IMG/VR virus record: IMGVR_UViG_3300021256_000095
Span: 10,791-74,790 of that record
Strand: one strand, 5' to 3'
Source: a virus
Taxonomy: Duplodnaviria; Caudoviricetes
Length of the DNA stretch: 64,000 nucleotides
A program made the translations under genes and the position numbers. The notes beneath the pieces are model-generated. The model ran no database searches and was not told the DNA's origin. It saw nothing but the letters and a program-made list of their open reading frames with translations. Of the stretch, positions 26,818-37,389 are shown piece by piece (the stretch's first letter is position 1; every line of letters starts with the position of its first letter).

Positions 26818-27185
26818 TAATTTTTTTGGTCAAAACGTTACAAAGTTGATTGTATTAAAAATGAATTAACTTATCAAGATTATGCGCTTGAATATAAAAA
26901 ATTAACGGAGGAACAAAAAAAATAAATTAGCATCGCTATTAAGAGATTAATAGTTGTAAGCCATTGAATTGCTGGAAAGCCCTAACGTAAAGACGAGGGT
27001 AATCAGCAGCCAAACTCGAAAGAGAAGGTTCAACGACTATCCCGAAAGGGAGTACACTCAAGTGAGTGGAAGTGGTGGCCCCCTACTTGAAAGAGAGGGT
27101 GAAGATATAGTCTACTCTGTATAGAAATATACAGCAGTTCATTAGAGAACGCATACGGATTAACGACCCGTATGGAATAAAAAGG
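26818..27185 (+). mobile_element. Group I self-splicing intron (IA2-like), 368 nt
   Basis: Exon ends in U, intron ends in G; P1 26814-26823/26924-26933 with U.G at the splice site; P GAATTGCTGGAA, Q AATCAGCAG, R TCAACGACTA, S AAGATATAGTCT; removal restores a 581-aa frame. Confidence 0.93.
26834..26950 (+). pseudogene. Probable C-terminal remnant of an intron-encoded homing endonuclease in the P1 loop
   Basis: Reads KRYKVDCIKNELTYQDYALEYKKLTEEQK, then with one A fewer NKLASLLRD-stop; no start codon or RBS. Confidence 0.45.
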
Positions 27186-28248
27186 AACTACAGCAGGCTG
27201 GAAAAATACATTCGCTTATGAAAAATTAATGATGATTTTACTTGAACAAGTAACAAATAGTGAAAGTTCAGTGGTAATGGGGGGAACATGGCGGATTCCA
27301 GTTGCAGAAGGCTTGTTAGCTAAAAATTTTATTCAACAGTTGAAGCTTGATGGAACATATAATGATAGTTCATTTGGAAGAGAATATGAATCTGAATGGA
27401 GCGGAGACGCGGAAAATGCTTATTTCTCGTCAGAGATTTTTGATAAATATCGTATTCTTTTACAGCCAGAATATGAATTTAGCGGAAGAAGTAGTAAAAC
27501 CGCATATTATGTGCTTGGTATAGACGTTGGTAGAAAAGGTTGTACTACAGAATGTGTAGTAATTAAAGTAACGCCGCAACCGCAAGGAACCTCACTGAAG
27601 TCTGTTGTAAATATATATTCCTGGGAAGAAGAACATTTTGAACAGCAAGCTATAAATATTAAAAAATTATTTTATAAATATAAAGCAAGAGTTTGTGCTA
27701 TTGATGCAAATGGTCTTGGTATTGGACTCATAGACTATATGATTAAAACTCAAATAGATCCCGAAACTGGAGATGTGTTACCGCCTTTTGGGATTGATAA
27801 TATTGCAGATTATCCAGAGTATAAAAAATATAAAACTCCTGAAACTGAGAAAGATGCTATGTATCTTATTAAGGCGAATGCTCCTATTAACACAGAAGCA
27901 CATAGTTATGTACAAACTCAATTATCAAGTGGAAAAGTTAAGTTTTTAATAGATGAAACTACTGCAAAATTAAAATTAATGGATACTAAATTAGGACAAG
28001 GAATGACTCCTGAAAAGAGAGCAGAATATTTAATGCCTTTTACTCTTACTACTTCATTAAGAGAACAAATGCTAAATTTAGTAGAAGATAATGAAGGTGT
28101 TAATATTATATTAAAACAATCTTCAAGAGGTACTCCTAAAGATAAGTTTTCTGCTTTTGAATATGGGATGTTGTTTATAAAGAAAGAAGAAGAAAAGAAA
28201 CATAGAAGAAAAGGTCTTGGTATAGCTGATTTAATGTTATTTAATTAA
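27186..28248 (+). CDS. terL: Terminase large subunit, exon 2 (nuclease)
   Basis: YVLGIDVGR RNase H-like motif; KDKFSAFEYG. Confidence 0.9.
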
Positions 28249-28323
28249 AAAATTTTTGGTCAAAGTTTGTTAAAGTTAATTTATTAATTTTTATATATAT
28301 TATAGAGAAAGGAGAGCTTTGAT

Positions 28324-28680
28324 ATGAGAGCAAGTAGAGGTGAAATAACAATAGAAGAAATATTAACTGAAGCTGGATTAGAATTTCAAGAAGAATATAG
28401 TTTTAAAGATCTCCTGTCTAATACCGGGCGCCCGCTTCGATTTGACTTTGCAGTTTTTGATGATGATGGAGCTTTAGATTTTCTTATTGAATATCAAGGT
28501 ATTCAGCATTATCAACCAAAAGAAAAATTTGGTGGTTGGAGCGGTTTACGGAAACAGCAATTTAATGATTTGAAAAAAAGAGAATATTGTAAAAAACATA
28601 ATCTTAAATTAGTTATAATTCCTTATACTGATGAACCTATTTTAAGTTATGATTATATAATGAATTTAGCAGGATATTAA
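28324..28680 (+). CDS. PD-(D/E)xK (Vsr/DUF559-like) endonuclease
   Basis: LRFDFAV...LIEYQGIQHY...KREYCKKHNLKLVIIPY. Confidence 0.7.
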   Translation: MRASRGEITIEEILTEAGLEFQEEYSFKDLLSNTGRPLRFDFAVFDDDGALDFLIEYQGIQHYQPKEKFGGWSGLRKQQFNDLKKREYCKKHNLKLVIIPYTDEPILSYDYIMNLAGY

Positions 28681-28697
28681 AAAGGAGGATTAAGATT

Positions 28698-30356
28698 ATG
28701 CGAGCAAAAAGATTTGATCGAGAATCATCTCGTAATCTTAATATGCGAATTTCCTCTAATAATCAAGATGATTTTCCTATTAGTCCATCATCTGGACAGA
28801 TCGACTTTTCAAAGATAAAAGTTGGTGCTAAAATTCTTGAAGATGCAACAATTACTACTCCATTAAAAAAGATAAATGGTAATTATTGCGATAAAGAGTA
28901 TGTATTAAGAGCTATTTATAATAATAATGTAAATCAACTAAGAGAAATATCAGATTTTTATTATAAAGCAAGTGGTATATATGGTCGCCTTTGTAGATAT
29001 TTAGCTTATTTATATAGATATGATTGGTATATAGTTCCTTATATTTATGGTGGTGATACTTACCCCGTAGATGATAAAGACAAAAAAGGCGATTTAGGAG
29101 CTAAGAATGTAAATAAAATATTAGATAGTTTCTTTAAGGCTATGACCTATCTTGATAATTTTAATGCCAAACAAATTTTAGGCGATATTGCATTAAGAGT
29201 AGTAAGATATGGATGTTATTATGGATATATTATACATTCTGCTACTGGACCGAGTATTCAAGAGTTACCACCATTATATTGTCGTTCAAGATATAAAAAA
29301 TTTGGCAAGCCTGTTGTCGAATTAAACATGAAATATTTTGATGATTTTTATCCTGATAAAGAGTATCGTAAAAGAGTTTTAAAATCTTTTCCTGAAGATA
29401 TTCAAAAGGGATATAAATTATTTTCAAATGGAAAATTAAAAGGTGATTATCAGGGTGATTCTGCAGGTTGGTATATGTTAGATCCAGACTATGGATTTAA
29501 AATTAATATTAATGATAGTGATATTCCTATCATGGCATCAGTTATACCAGCAATTATAGATTTAAATGAAGCTCAAGAGTTAGATAGGAAAAAGATGGCT
29601 CAGAAGCTTCTTAAAATATTGATTCAAAAATTACCTTTAGATAAAAATGGTGATTTAATTTTTGATATGGATGAAGCGCAACAGCTTCATAATAATGCAG
29701 TTAAAATGCTATCAAGAGCTATTGGTATTGATGTATTGACAACTTTTGCAGATGTAGAAGTTGCGGACATGGCAGATAGAAATACTACTACTACAGTTGA
29801 TGATTTGGAAAAAGTAGAAAGAACAGTATTCAACGAAGCTGGTGTTTCTCAAATGCAGTTTAATACAGATGGTAATATTGCTTTAGAAAAATCTATTGCT
29901 AATGATAGTGCAATGATGAGTAATTTAGTTCAACAACTTGAATGGTTAATGAATAAATTATTATTAAACTTTAATAAAACTCCTAAAAAAGTTTTTTATA
30001 AAGTTCAAATTTTACCAACTACAATTTATGATTATAAAGAATTATCAAAGATGTATAAAGAGCAGACTCAAATGGGTTATAGCAAAATGCTTCCGCAAAT
30101 TGCGATGGGTCTTGCGCAAAGCACAATATTAGCAAATGCGTTCTTTGAAAATGATCTATTAAATCTTGTTACTGTATTTGTTCCTCCACTTACTTCTAAT
30201 ACTATGAATGCAGACGCGCTTGCGCAACAGCAAACTGGACGAAGAAGAACTGGAATTACAATGGTAACAGGAGAAGAGAATCAGGGCGGCCGCCCTGAAA
30301 AGCCAGATGAAGAAAAATCTGCCAAAACTCTTCAAAATATAGAAAGTAAAAATTAA
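28698..30356 (+). CDS. Portal protein
   Basis: 552 aa, position between terminase and protease/scaffold. Confidence 0.75.
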   Translation: MRAKRFDRESSRNLNMRISSNNQDDFPISPSSGQIDFSKIKVGAKILEDATITTPLKKINGNYCDKEYVLRAIYNNNVNQLREISDFYYKASGIYGRLCRYLAYLYRYDWYIVPYIYGGDTYPVDDKDKKGDLGAKNVNKILDSFFKAMTYLDNFNAKQILGDIALRVVRYGCYYGYIIHSATGPSIQELPPLYCRSRYKKFGKPVVELNMKYFDDFYPDKEYRKRVLKSFPEDIQKGYKLFSNGKLKGDYQGDSAGWYMLDPDYGFKININDSDIPIMASVIPAIIDLNEAQELDRKKMAQKLLKILIQKLPLDKNGDLIFDMDEAQQLHNNAVKMLSRAIGIDVLTTFADVEVADMADRNTTTTVDDLEKVERTVFNEAGVSQMQFNTDGNIALEKSIANDSAMMSNLVQQLEWLMNKLLLNFNKTPKKVFYKVQILPTTIYDYKELSKMYKEQTQMGYSKMLPQIAMGLAQSTILANAFFENDLLNLVTVFVPPLTSNTMNADALAQQQTGRRRTGITMVTGEENQGGRPEKPDEEKSAKTLQNIESKN

Positions 30357-30379
30357 ATATATAAAGGGAGGATTTATAA

Positions 30380-31807
30380 ATGAATAATTATCAGTCTATT
30401 GCAACAATAAATGGACCGGAATTTATTAATTTACAGCCTCTTGACTTAAATCCTATGATGTCTAAATGTGAAATAAAAGTTTTATATTTAGGTAAAAATA
30501 GAAATGGAACGAGTATTAGCAAAGAAGCTGCTACGGAGATGTCAAAAACTCTTCGTGGCGCTCCTATTGTTGGGTATTATAGAAAAGATAAAGAAGATTT
30601 CTTTGATCATGGTGACCAAGTTATTGTAGATGGAGAGGGTATTCATTTTAATGTTTTAACTAGGCCTTATGGTTTTGTATCTCCAGATGCTGAAGTATGG
30701 TTTCAAGAGTTTGAAGAGTTCGATGAAAATGGCGAAAGTACAACAAGAACTTATCTTATGACTACTGGATATTTATGGACTGGTCAATATGAAGAAGCTC
30801 AACAATTATTCATGGAAGGCGGGAAACCGCAATCTATGGAACTTGATGAAAATTCTATGAGTGGATTTTGGTCAAAAGAAGCAAATTCAGATTGTGAATT
30901 TTTTATAATAAATGACGCAATATTTTCAAAATTATGTATTTTAGGTGATGATGTTGAACCTTGTTTTGAAGGGGCTTCAATAACTGCACCTAATGTAAGT
31001 AAAAATTTTACTTTAGATGAAAGTTTTAAGAAAACTTTATTTAGTATGATGAAAGAATTGCAATATACTTTACAAGGAGGTAATCATACAGTGGAAAACG
31101 AAATTAAGAAGCCAGTTGGTGATGATGCTGTTGTAGAAGAGACTGTAACAGTTGAAGAACCAGCAGAGAATACCTCTTCTGAAAACAATAATTCTTCAAA
31201 TACTGAAGATAACAACAACTCTACTGAAAATACTTCAGGTGAGTCTACTGATTCAACGAATGAATCTGAGAGTGGTTCTGATTCAACTGATGGAGCTGAT
31301 AATGGAGAAAGCGGTTCTGCAGATTATGTAAAAGATGATGAAGAAGAGAAAAAAGATGAAGAAGATTCTAAAGATGATTCAGACGGAGATGAAGATAAAA
31401 AGACTGAGGAAGATGATGAAAAAGAAAAGAAATATGCCTTAGTTGTTCAGCAACTTGAAGAGATTCAGACATCTTATAAAGCTTTACAGGAAGAAAATGA
31501 GAAGCTTGTAAATGAATTAACTCAGTTTAAGAAGAAGGCAGAAGAAGCAGAAATGAAAGAAAAAGATGCTTTAATTGCTGAATTTTCAATGCTTTCAGAA
31601 GAAGATAAGAAAAATGTTATTGAGCATAAAGCTGAATATAGTTTACAGCAAATTAAAGCTGAATTAGCAGTTTTATGTTATGATAAGAAAGTAAGTTATA
31701 CCGTACAAGAAGATTCTGAAAAGGGTATAACAGTGGATATTGAACCAGGTGCTAATAGCAAGCCTGAATGGTTACAAGCTGTTGATAATAGAATAAAAGA
31801 ACAATAA
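30380..31807 (+). CDS. Prohead protease fused to an acidic scaffold
   Basis: Protease-like N-domain (PQSMEL, CILG..VEPCFEGASI), long S/E/D-rich linker, coiled C-terminus. Confidence 0.7.
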   Translation: MNNYQSIATINGPEFINLQPLDLNPMMSKCEIKVLYLGKNRNGTSISKEAATEMSKTLRGAPIVGYYRKDKEDFFDHGDQVIVDGEGIHFNVLTRPYGFVSPDAEVWFQEFEEFDENGESTTRTYLMTTGYLWTGQYEEAQQLFMEGGKPQSMELDENSMSGFWSKEANSDCEFFIINDAIFSKLCILGDDVEPCFEGASITAPNVSKNFTLDESFKKTLFSMMKELQYTLQGGNHTVENEIKKPVGDDAVVEETVTVEEPAENTSSENNNSSNTEDNNNSTENTSGESTDSTNESESGSDSTDGADNGESGSADYVKDDEEEKKDEEDSKDDSDGDEDKKTEEDDEKEKKYALVVQQLEEIQTSYKALQEENEKLVNELTQFKKKAEEAEMKEKDALIAEFSMLSEEDKKNVIEHKAEYSLQQIKAELAVLCYDKKVSYTVQEDSEKGITVDIEPGANSKPEWLQAVDNRIKEQ

Positions 31808-31827
31808 TATAAAGGAGGAAATCCAAA

Positions 31828-32370
31828 ATGGCTACAATAAAGAGAAAAGGTTTTGGACAGGTAGAGCCTAATCACCTTTCTGCTCAAAGAACAGGTCAGA
31901 TTTATGCTCAGCTTATTGCTGATTCAAGCCTTAATATAATTGAGAATGGAATGTTCTTAAAATATGATTATGAGAATAGAAAAGCAGTTGCTAGCTCAAG
32001 TGTTGCTGGTGAATGGCTTTTAGTTTACAATGAAGAAAAGCTTTATGATGTAAGAAAACAGAATCATAAAGATTTTGCAATGATTAAGACAGATTATGTT
32101 GATGGTGAAATGGTTCCAAGGCTTTTTAAGACTAATGTTGGTGATATTTTCACAACAAACACACTTGGACCTAATACATCTGAAACTGCTGAAACTACAG
32201 CTGTAACTGTCAACGAAGGAGATACACTTGTTGTTGGAAGTACAGGTTATCTTGAAGTACTTGGAGCTAGTGCAACTGCAACTGCACCTGCATTTAAGGT
32301 AGTTGCTATAACAACAATGCCTGATGCTGATGCTAATTATCCGGCTGTTAAGTTACAACGTGTATTATAA
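31828..32370 (+). CDS. Capsid decoration/minor head protein
   Basis: 180 aa, immediately upstream of the major capsid gene. Confidence 0.55.
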   Translation: MATIKRKGFGQVEPNHLSAQRTGQIYAQLIADSSLNIIENGMFLKYDYENRKAVASSSVAGEWLLVYNEEKLYDVRKQNHKDFAMIKTDYVDGEMVPRLFKTNVGDIFTTNTLGPNTSETAETTAVTVNEGDTLVVGSTGYLEVLGASATATAPAFKVVAITTMPDADANYPAVKLQRVL

Positions 32371-32390
32371 TATAAAGGAGGATTAAGGTC

Positions 32391-33476
32391 ATGGCATTAC
32401 AAAAGAAAGAACTTTTTACACTTGCTAAGACAGTAGCAAAGGCTAATCCTTCTGCGGCTGTTGCTTATAGCTTTGGTGATAGTAAATATTCTTATAAAGA
32501 GCTTGATGATACTCTTCGTGCAGAACTTAGAGAAATTGCTGGAACATATGCTCTTTATAGAGAGAATAAAAATATTCTTTTTGAATTAATTGAACAAGTT
32601 ATAGATGAGGTTCTTCCTCAGAGAGTTATTGAGCAGTATGGTCAGTTCGCTGATATTCGTACTTTTGCTCAGGGCGACAAGCCTGTCTTCTCAGTAAAAG
32701 CTTCTCAAGCTTCTAAGGCTAGAGCAAAGAAGTTTGTTACTAAAGTAGGTCTCGCTGGTGTTTATGAAGTATTCAAGCTTGATGGATATACATTAGAGGT
32801 TCCTACAGAGGCATGGGGCGGAGCTGCTCAGATTGGCTTTGAGGAATATCTTGATGGCAGAATAGATATGGCTGACGTTGTTGAGATTATCAATGATGGT
32901 CTTAATGAGTGCGTATTTAGAGAGATTGCTAAGGCTCTTAAGAGCGCAGTTGGTCAGATTGCAAATACAAATAAGAAGAGTGATAATACATTCGTTCAGA
33001 CAAAGATGGATCAGCTTCTTCAGATAGCAGATGCTTATGGAAAGGCTACTATTTATTGTACTTTTGAATTTGCAGCAACAATGGTTCCTGATAATAACTG
33101 GATTTCTAATGAACAGAAGAATACAATGTGGAATGTTGGCTATCTTGCTAACTATAAAGGACATAATGTAGTAATTCTTCCTAACTCATTTGAAGATACT
33201 GGAAATACTGTAAAAGTTATGGATCCTTCATATGCTTACATTATACCAACAGGTGCAGATAAGCCTATTAAGGTTGCATTTGAAGGTGATGCCGCAGTTA
33301 GAGAGTGGGAAAACAAAGACTGGTCAAGAGAAATCCAAACATATAAGAAGTTTGGTATCGGTATGGTAGGTCTTAATGCTGGTATCTGTGTATATCAGAA
33401 TACATCTCTTACTCAAGGTACACCTTCAGGAACAATAACTAAGAAGGCAGCTCCTGGACTTTCAGTTGAGTATTAA
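32391..33476 (+). CDS. Major capsid protein
   Basis: 361 aa, GC-richer codon usage, synteny, followed by terminator 33491-33518. Confidence 0.8.
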   Translation: MALQKKELFTLAKTVAKANPSAAVAYSFGDSKYSYKELDDTLRAELREIAGTYALYRENKNILFELIEQVIDEVLPQRVIEQYGQFADIRTFAQGDKPVFSVKASQASKARAKKFVTKVGLAGVYEVFKLDGYTLEVPTEAWGGAAQIGFEEYLDGRIDMADVVEIINDGLNECVFREIAKALKSAVGQIANTNKKSDNTFVQTKMDQLLQIADAYGKATIYCTFEFAATMVPDNNWISNEQKNTMWNVGYLANYKGHNVVILPNSFEDTGNTVKVMDPSYAYIIPTGADKPIKVAFEGDAAVREWENKDWSREIQTYKKFGIGMVGLNAGICVYQNTSLTQGTPSGTITKKAAPGLSVEY

Positions 33477-33551
33477 TAAACAATTAAATAAAGGGAGATT
33501 TTTTTAAATCTCCCTTTATATTTTTATATGGAGATAAAAGGAGATAATAAT

Positions 33552-34127
33552 ATGATAGATAATAACACTTTAATAAAGGTTCAAAATAGAGATTTTGGTT
33601 CTGTTGGATATACAATTCCTGATTTAAACAATTTACATAGGGAGTTTCAGCCAGGTGAAGTAAAAGAGATTCCTTTTGATGAACTCTTTAAACTTTATCA
33701 AGTTCCTGGTGGAGAGTATATAATTAATAATTATTTAATAATTTATAATGAAGATGCGGTTAATGAGCTTATGGGTGGAGTTGAGCCAGAGTATTTTTAT
33801 TCAGAAACTCAAATTGTTGATTTAATGAAAAATGGTACTTTAGATCAGTTTGAAGACTGCTTAAATTTTGCTCCTAAAGGAGTTTTAGATTTAATTAAGG
33901 AAATAAGTGTTAAGCTTCCTCTCAATGATGTTGCTAAAAGAGATTTAATTTTAAGAAAACTTAATTTTAATGTAGCAAGCGCTATTGAATTAGCTAAGAA
34001 TGATGAAGTTGTTGAAGACACAAAGCCAGTTAGAAAAGCAGGCACTCCAACGATAAAGAAGACAACTACAACTGTAACAAGGAAAGCATCAATCCCGCAG
34101 AAGAAAACTGAACCTGATGCTGAATAA
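33552..34127 (+). CDS. Virion-assembly-associated hypothetical protein
   Basis: Synteny after the capsid gene; RBS. Confidence 0.5.
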   Translation: MIDNNTLIKVQNRDFGSVGYTIPDLNNLHREFQPGEVKEIPFDELFKLYQVPGGEYIINNYLIIYNEDAVNELMGGVEPEYFYSETQIVDLMKNGTLDQFEDCLNFAPKGVLDLIKEISVKLPLNDVAKRDLILRKLNFNVASAIELAKNDEVVEDTKPVRKAGTPTIKKTTTTVTRKASIPQKKTEPDAE

Positions 34128-34144
34128 GAAAAGGAGGGTTAAAA

Positions 34145-34699
34145 GTGACACCTCTTTCAACAGTTTATAATTACTTTTTAAGAAAAATTACTGATGATAT
34201 GTACATGGAATTTACAAAAGAAGATACTATGTCTATGTTAAATGAATTATTGATGTCAGCTATTCATTCTTTTGAATTTCCACGAAAATCACTTGAAATA
34301 ACGCCTCCTGATTCAGATGAAGATAGCGAGGACGGTTATTTCATAAATGATTTAACTGATGAAGAATGTAATATTTTAGCTACTTATATGGTTGAAGAGT
34401 GGATTGGACAACAGCTTGCAAGTGTTGAAAATACACGAATGAAGTATAGCGGTTCTGATTTTAAATTTACTTCTCAGGCGAATCATATGTCTAAACTTCA
34501 ATCTATGAAGAAAGAATATGAAAGAAAAGGCTTCCATCTTCAAAGATTATATAAACGTAGAAAAGTAGATTCTAATGGAATATATCGTTCTACAATGCAT
34601 ATATTATCAGAAACTCCAGTATATCCTTTTTCTTTAGGAAATGAGGATCCTGCTGAAGATAGCGGAGAGGAGGGTTTCTGGTATGATGACAAAGTATAA
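34145..34699 (+). CDS. Putative head-tail adaptor
   Basis: Synteny; helical 184 aa; GTG start with AAGGAGG. Confidence 0.5.
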   Translation: MTPLSTVYNYFLRKITDDMYMEFTKEDTMSMLNELLMSAIHSFEFPRKSLEITPPDSDEDSEDGYFINDLTDEECNILATYMVEEWIGQQLASVENTRMKYSGSDFKFTSQANHMSKLQSMKKEYERKGFHLQRLYKRRKVDSNGIYRSTMHILSETPVYPFSLGNEDPAEDSGEEGFWYDDKV

Positions 34700-35009
34700 T
34701 TTAGATATAAATTCAGAAACTATTAATAATAATTTTAAAAGAATTATTAATTTAACATATGCTTTATTACCTACCCGAGAAGAGGGTAATGATTGGCAAA
34801 AGCCGCTTGAAACTATTTTAGAAGAATTATGTGGATTGTATAGATTGGTTATCGACTTACCTTTCAATCATACTACATTATTTTGTTTGATATGTAAATT
34901 AGAAGGACTATTTACTTTAGTTGAAGAAAAAGATTTTGGTCTTTATAGAAGAACTATATTTGAATGTTTAGCCCTTCTAAATAATATAAAAGATGAATGC
35001 ATTGGATAA
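34683..35009 (+). CDS. Hypothetical protein (neck region)
   Basis: Overlaps both neighbours. Confidence 0.5.
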   Translation: MMTKYNLDINSETINNNFKRIINLTYALLPTREEGNDWQKPLETILEELCGLYRLVIDLPFNHTTLFCLICKLEGLFTLVEEKDFGLYRRTIFECLALLNNIKDECIG

Positions 35010-35979
35010 TATGTCTAAAAGACTTAACTATGGGGGCGGCGCCCGCCAGCAAAGTCGAATGATAGAAGATAAATTGAGAAGTTTAAAAAAAGCTTTATTA
35101 TATTCTTATCAGGCTGGTACTATGATTATTGAGCAAGATGATTCTACTCTTGAATTTAGATGTTTAATTAATCCAGATAAATTAACTTATGATTCTGATA
35201 AAAAAATGTTGTCAGTACCTTTTCGAGACATTTGTCTAAGCATGCCTCGAATTGGAAAAACGACAGAAGGGGTCGTAGATGTCCCAATCAAGTGTGGAGA
35301 TACTTTTATTTGGAAAGAAACTAATACTCGCTGGTTAGTCACTCTACAATATTTAGAAGAATTAGCTTATTTTAGAGCGGATATTAGAAAATGTTTTTCA
35401 TATCCTCTTGAAATAGATGGAGTAAAATATTGGTTTTCTAACATTGGAGAAAATCAACAAACCATTGAATGGAGAATGAAGAATTTAGAAGAGTGGAATA
35501 AAATTAATTATACAAGAACTTTATATATAAAACGTAATCAAGATACTATAAATTATTTTAAAAGATTTAAAATAGTTAAACTTCCAAATATCAATGGTGA
35601 ATTAGAGCCTTGGGAAGTTCAAGCAGTTACTCCTAATTCAGTAGAAGATATATTAATAGTTCATCTTAAAGAATATTTTAATAATGAATTTGAAGATTTA
35701 AGTAATAAAATTCAAGAAGAGATTCAAGAAGATCATGAACTAAATGAAGAGCAGGTAGTCTATCCTTATGATAAAATTATTTTAACTTGTCCATATGTTG
35801 AGAATGCATTATGGGAAATTAAAAATAAAGATTTTGGATTAGATATGGCTATGGATGCTATTGTTATAGAAAAAGAAGATACTACTGTTACTATTCAACT
35901 TTTAAATGGTAAGACTGGTAAATTTGATGTGTTTTATAATAATAAATTAGTAAAACATATTGTGATAAAAGCAATATAA
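34993..35979 (+). CDS. Putative head-closure/neck protein
   Basis: Synteny; beta-rich. Confidence 0.45.
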   Translation: MNALDNMSKRLNYGGGARQQSRMIEDKLRSLKKALLYSYQAGTMIIEQDDSTLEFRCLINPDKLTYDSDKKMLSVPFRDICLSMPRIGKTTEGVVDVPIKCGDTFIWKETNTRWLVTLQYLEELAYFRADIRKCFSYPLEIDGVKYWFSNIGENQQTIEWRMKNLEEWNKINYTRTLYIKRNQDTINYFKRFKIVKLPNINGELEPWEVQAVTPNSVEDILIVHLKEYFNNEFEDLSNKIQEEIQEDHELNEEQVVYPYDKIILTCPYVENALWEIKNKDFGLDMAMDAIVIEKEDTTVTIQLLNGKTGKFDVFYNNKLVKHIVIKAI

Positions 35980-36001
35980 AGAGATAAAAGGAGAGATAAA
36001 A

Positions 36002-36592
36002 ATGCAACGAAATGCATTACCACCAACTTTGCAATCATCATTTTTATCTTGTGAAAAAGATACAGAAATTATTTTAAATAAATTATTTATGGAAAGTAAT
36101 CCATATAGTAATCGTCTAAAAAAATTATTAGTAATAAATACTCCTGATTGTTTAGATAATAATATTACTAAATATAATGATATTGTTTCACATTATAGTG
36201 TTAAAGATTTAATAGATAAAAAATATATTAGATTAACCCCTCGATTAGAATTTGAGGAACATGAAGATGTAAAATCTTATATACATATTTCTTTTGATGA
36301 TTTTAAAACTAATAGAATTAATGAAAGATTTAGAGATTGCATTGTTCATTTTGATATAATGTGTCATACTAAACAATGGGATTTACAAGGGTTTGAATTA
36401 AGACCTTTAATGATTGCGGGTTATATAGATGGAATTTTAAATTTTAATAAATTATCTGGAGTTGGCGAGTTTGTGTTTTTAGGTTGTCAAGAAGTTGTAT
36501 TTGATGCTAATTTAGCTGGATATGTTTTAACATATGAAGCTGTTCATTTTACAGAAGATGATGCTAAATTAGAGGCGCTATCAAGTAAATGA
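36002..36592 (+). CDS. Putative tail completion/terminator protein
   Basis: Synteny; VHFDIMCH...RPLMIAGYID pattern. Confidence 0.45.
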   Translation: MQRNALPPTLQSSFLSCEKDTEIILNKLFMESNPYSNRLKKLLVINTPDCLDNNITKYNDIVSHYSVKDLIDKKYIRLTPRLEFEEHEDVKSYIHISFDDFKTNRINERFRDCIVHFDIMCHTKQWDLQGFELRPLMIAGYIDGILNFNKLSGVGEFVFLGCQEVVFDANLAGYVLTYEAVHFTEDDAKLEALSSK

Positions 36593-37368
36593 AAAGAGAA
36601 CAGTCTGTAAATGCACTTCTATTAGACACTAAAGTTAATATACCTTTTCCGCCAGCACAGGTTACTATATATCAACCTTCGATAAAAGAAATAGCTATGA
36701 TTGGAGAAGATACTCAAATGATTGCGGTTAGAGCAATTACTAAAAATTATGAGACTCTTCAGGACAAAAATAATTCAATTCAATTATCGAATTTTGAAAT
36801 ATTTATGAAAGTAATTCACGATAAGAGTGAGCAGAGTAAAAAAATTATTCAAGCAATAGAAGATTTTTTTGTTTTAATATTTCCAAATTATAAAGTTACT
36901 TTTACTCCTCATTCTATTATTCTTCAAGATGAATTTAGTCAAATTCATATGATTGATGAAAGTAGTTTTAATGATTTTACAAATATTATTTACGATGCTT
37001 TTTGTTTGGATTTATTAGATTCTGAACAAGGTACAGAATATAATCCACAAGGGGCTCGCGCGCAAGCGCTCGTAGATAAGTTTATGGCTAAAAGAAAACT
37101 TTTAGCTGAATTAAAGCGGGAACGAGGTCATGATCCATCAAAAGATAGCTTATATGGTCGATATATTGATATATTGGCTGTTGGAGAACAAAAAGATAAG
37201 AATAGTTTAAAAGAATATTCTGTTTATCAACTTATTGAAGAATTTAAAAGATTTCAATTAAAAACTACCTTTGATTATACGCTTCGCGCAAAACTTGCAG
37301 GAGCAACAAAAATAAAGGACGCAAAAGATTGGATGGGCGACATCCAATTTAATTCTGAAAACGAATAA
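36589..37368 (+). CDS. Hypothetical tail-region protein
   Basis: 259 aa, coupled to the previous gene. Confidence 0.45.
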   Translation: MKREQSVNALLLDTKVNIPFPPAQVTIYQPSIKEIAMIGEDTQMIAVRAITKNYETLQDKNNSIQLSNFEIFMKVIHDKSEQSKKIIQAIEDFFVLIFPNYKVTFTPHSIILQDEFSQIHMIDESSFNDFTNIIYDAFCLDLLDSEQGTEYNPQGARAQALVDKFMAKRKLLAELKRERGHDPSKDSLYGRYIDILAVGEQKDKNSLKEYSVYQLIEEFKRFQLKTTFDYTLRAKLAGATKIKDAKDWMGDIQFNSENE

Positions 37369-37389
37369 TTTTTTAAGGAGGAAAACACA

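Noticed and set aside
26135-28248. terL as a frameshifted pseudogene or two genes
   Set aside because: The gap has all group I intron core elements and precise removal restores a single frame
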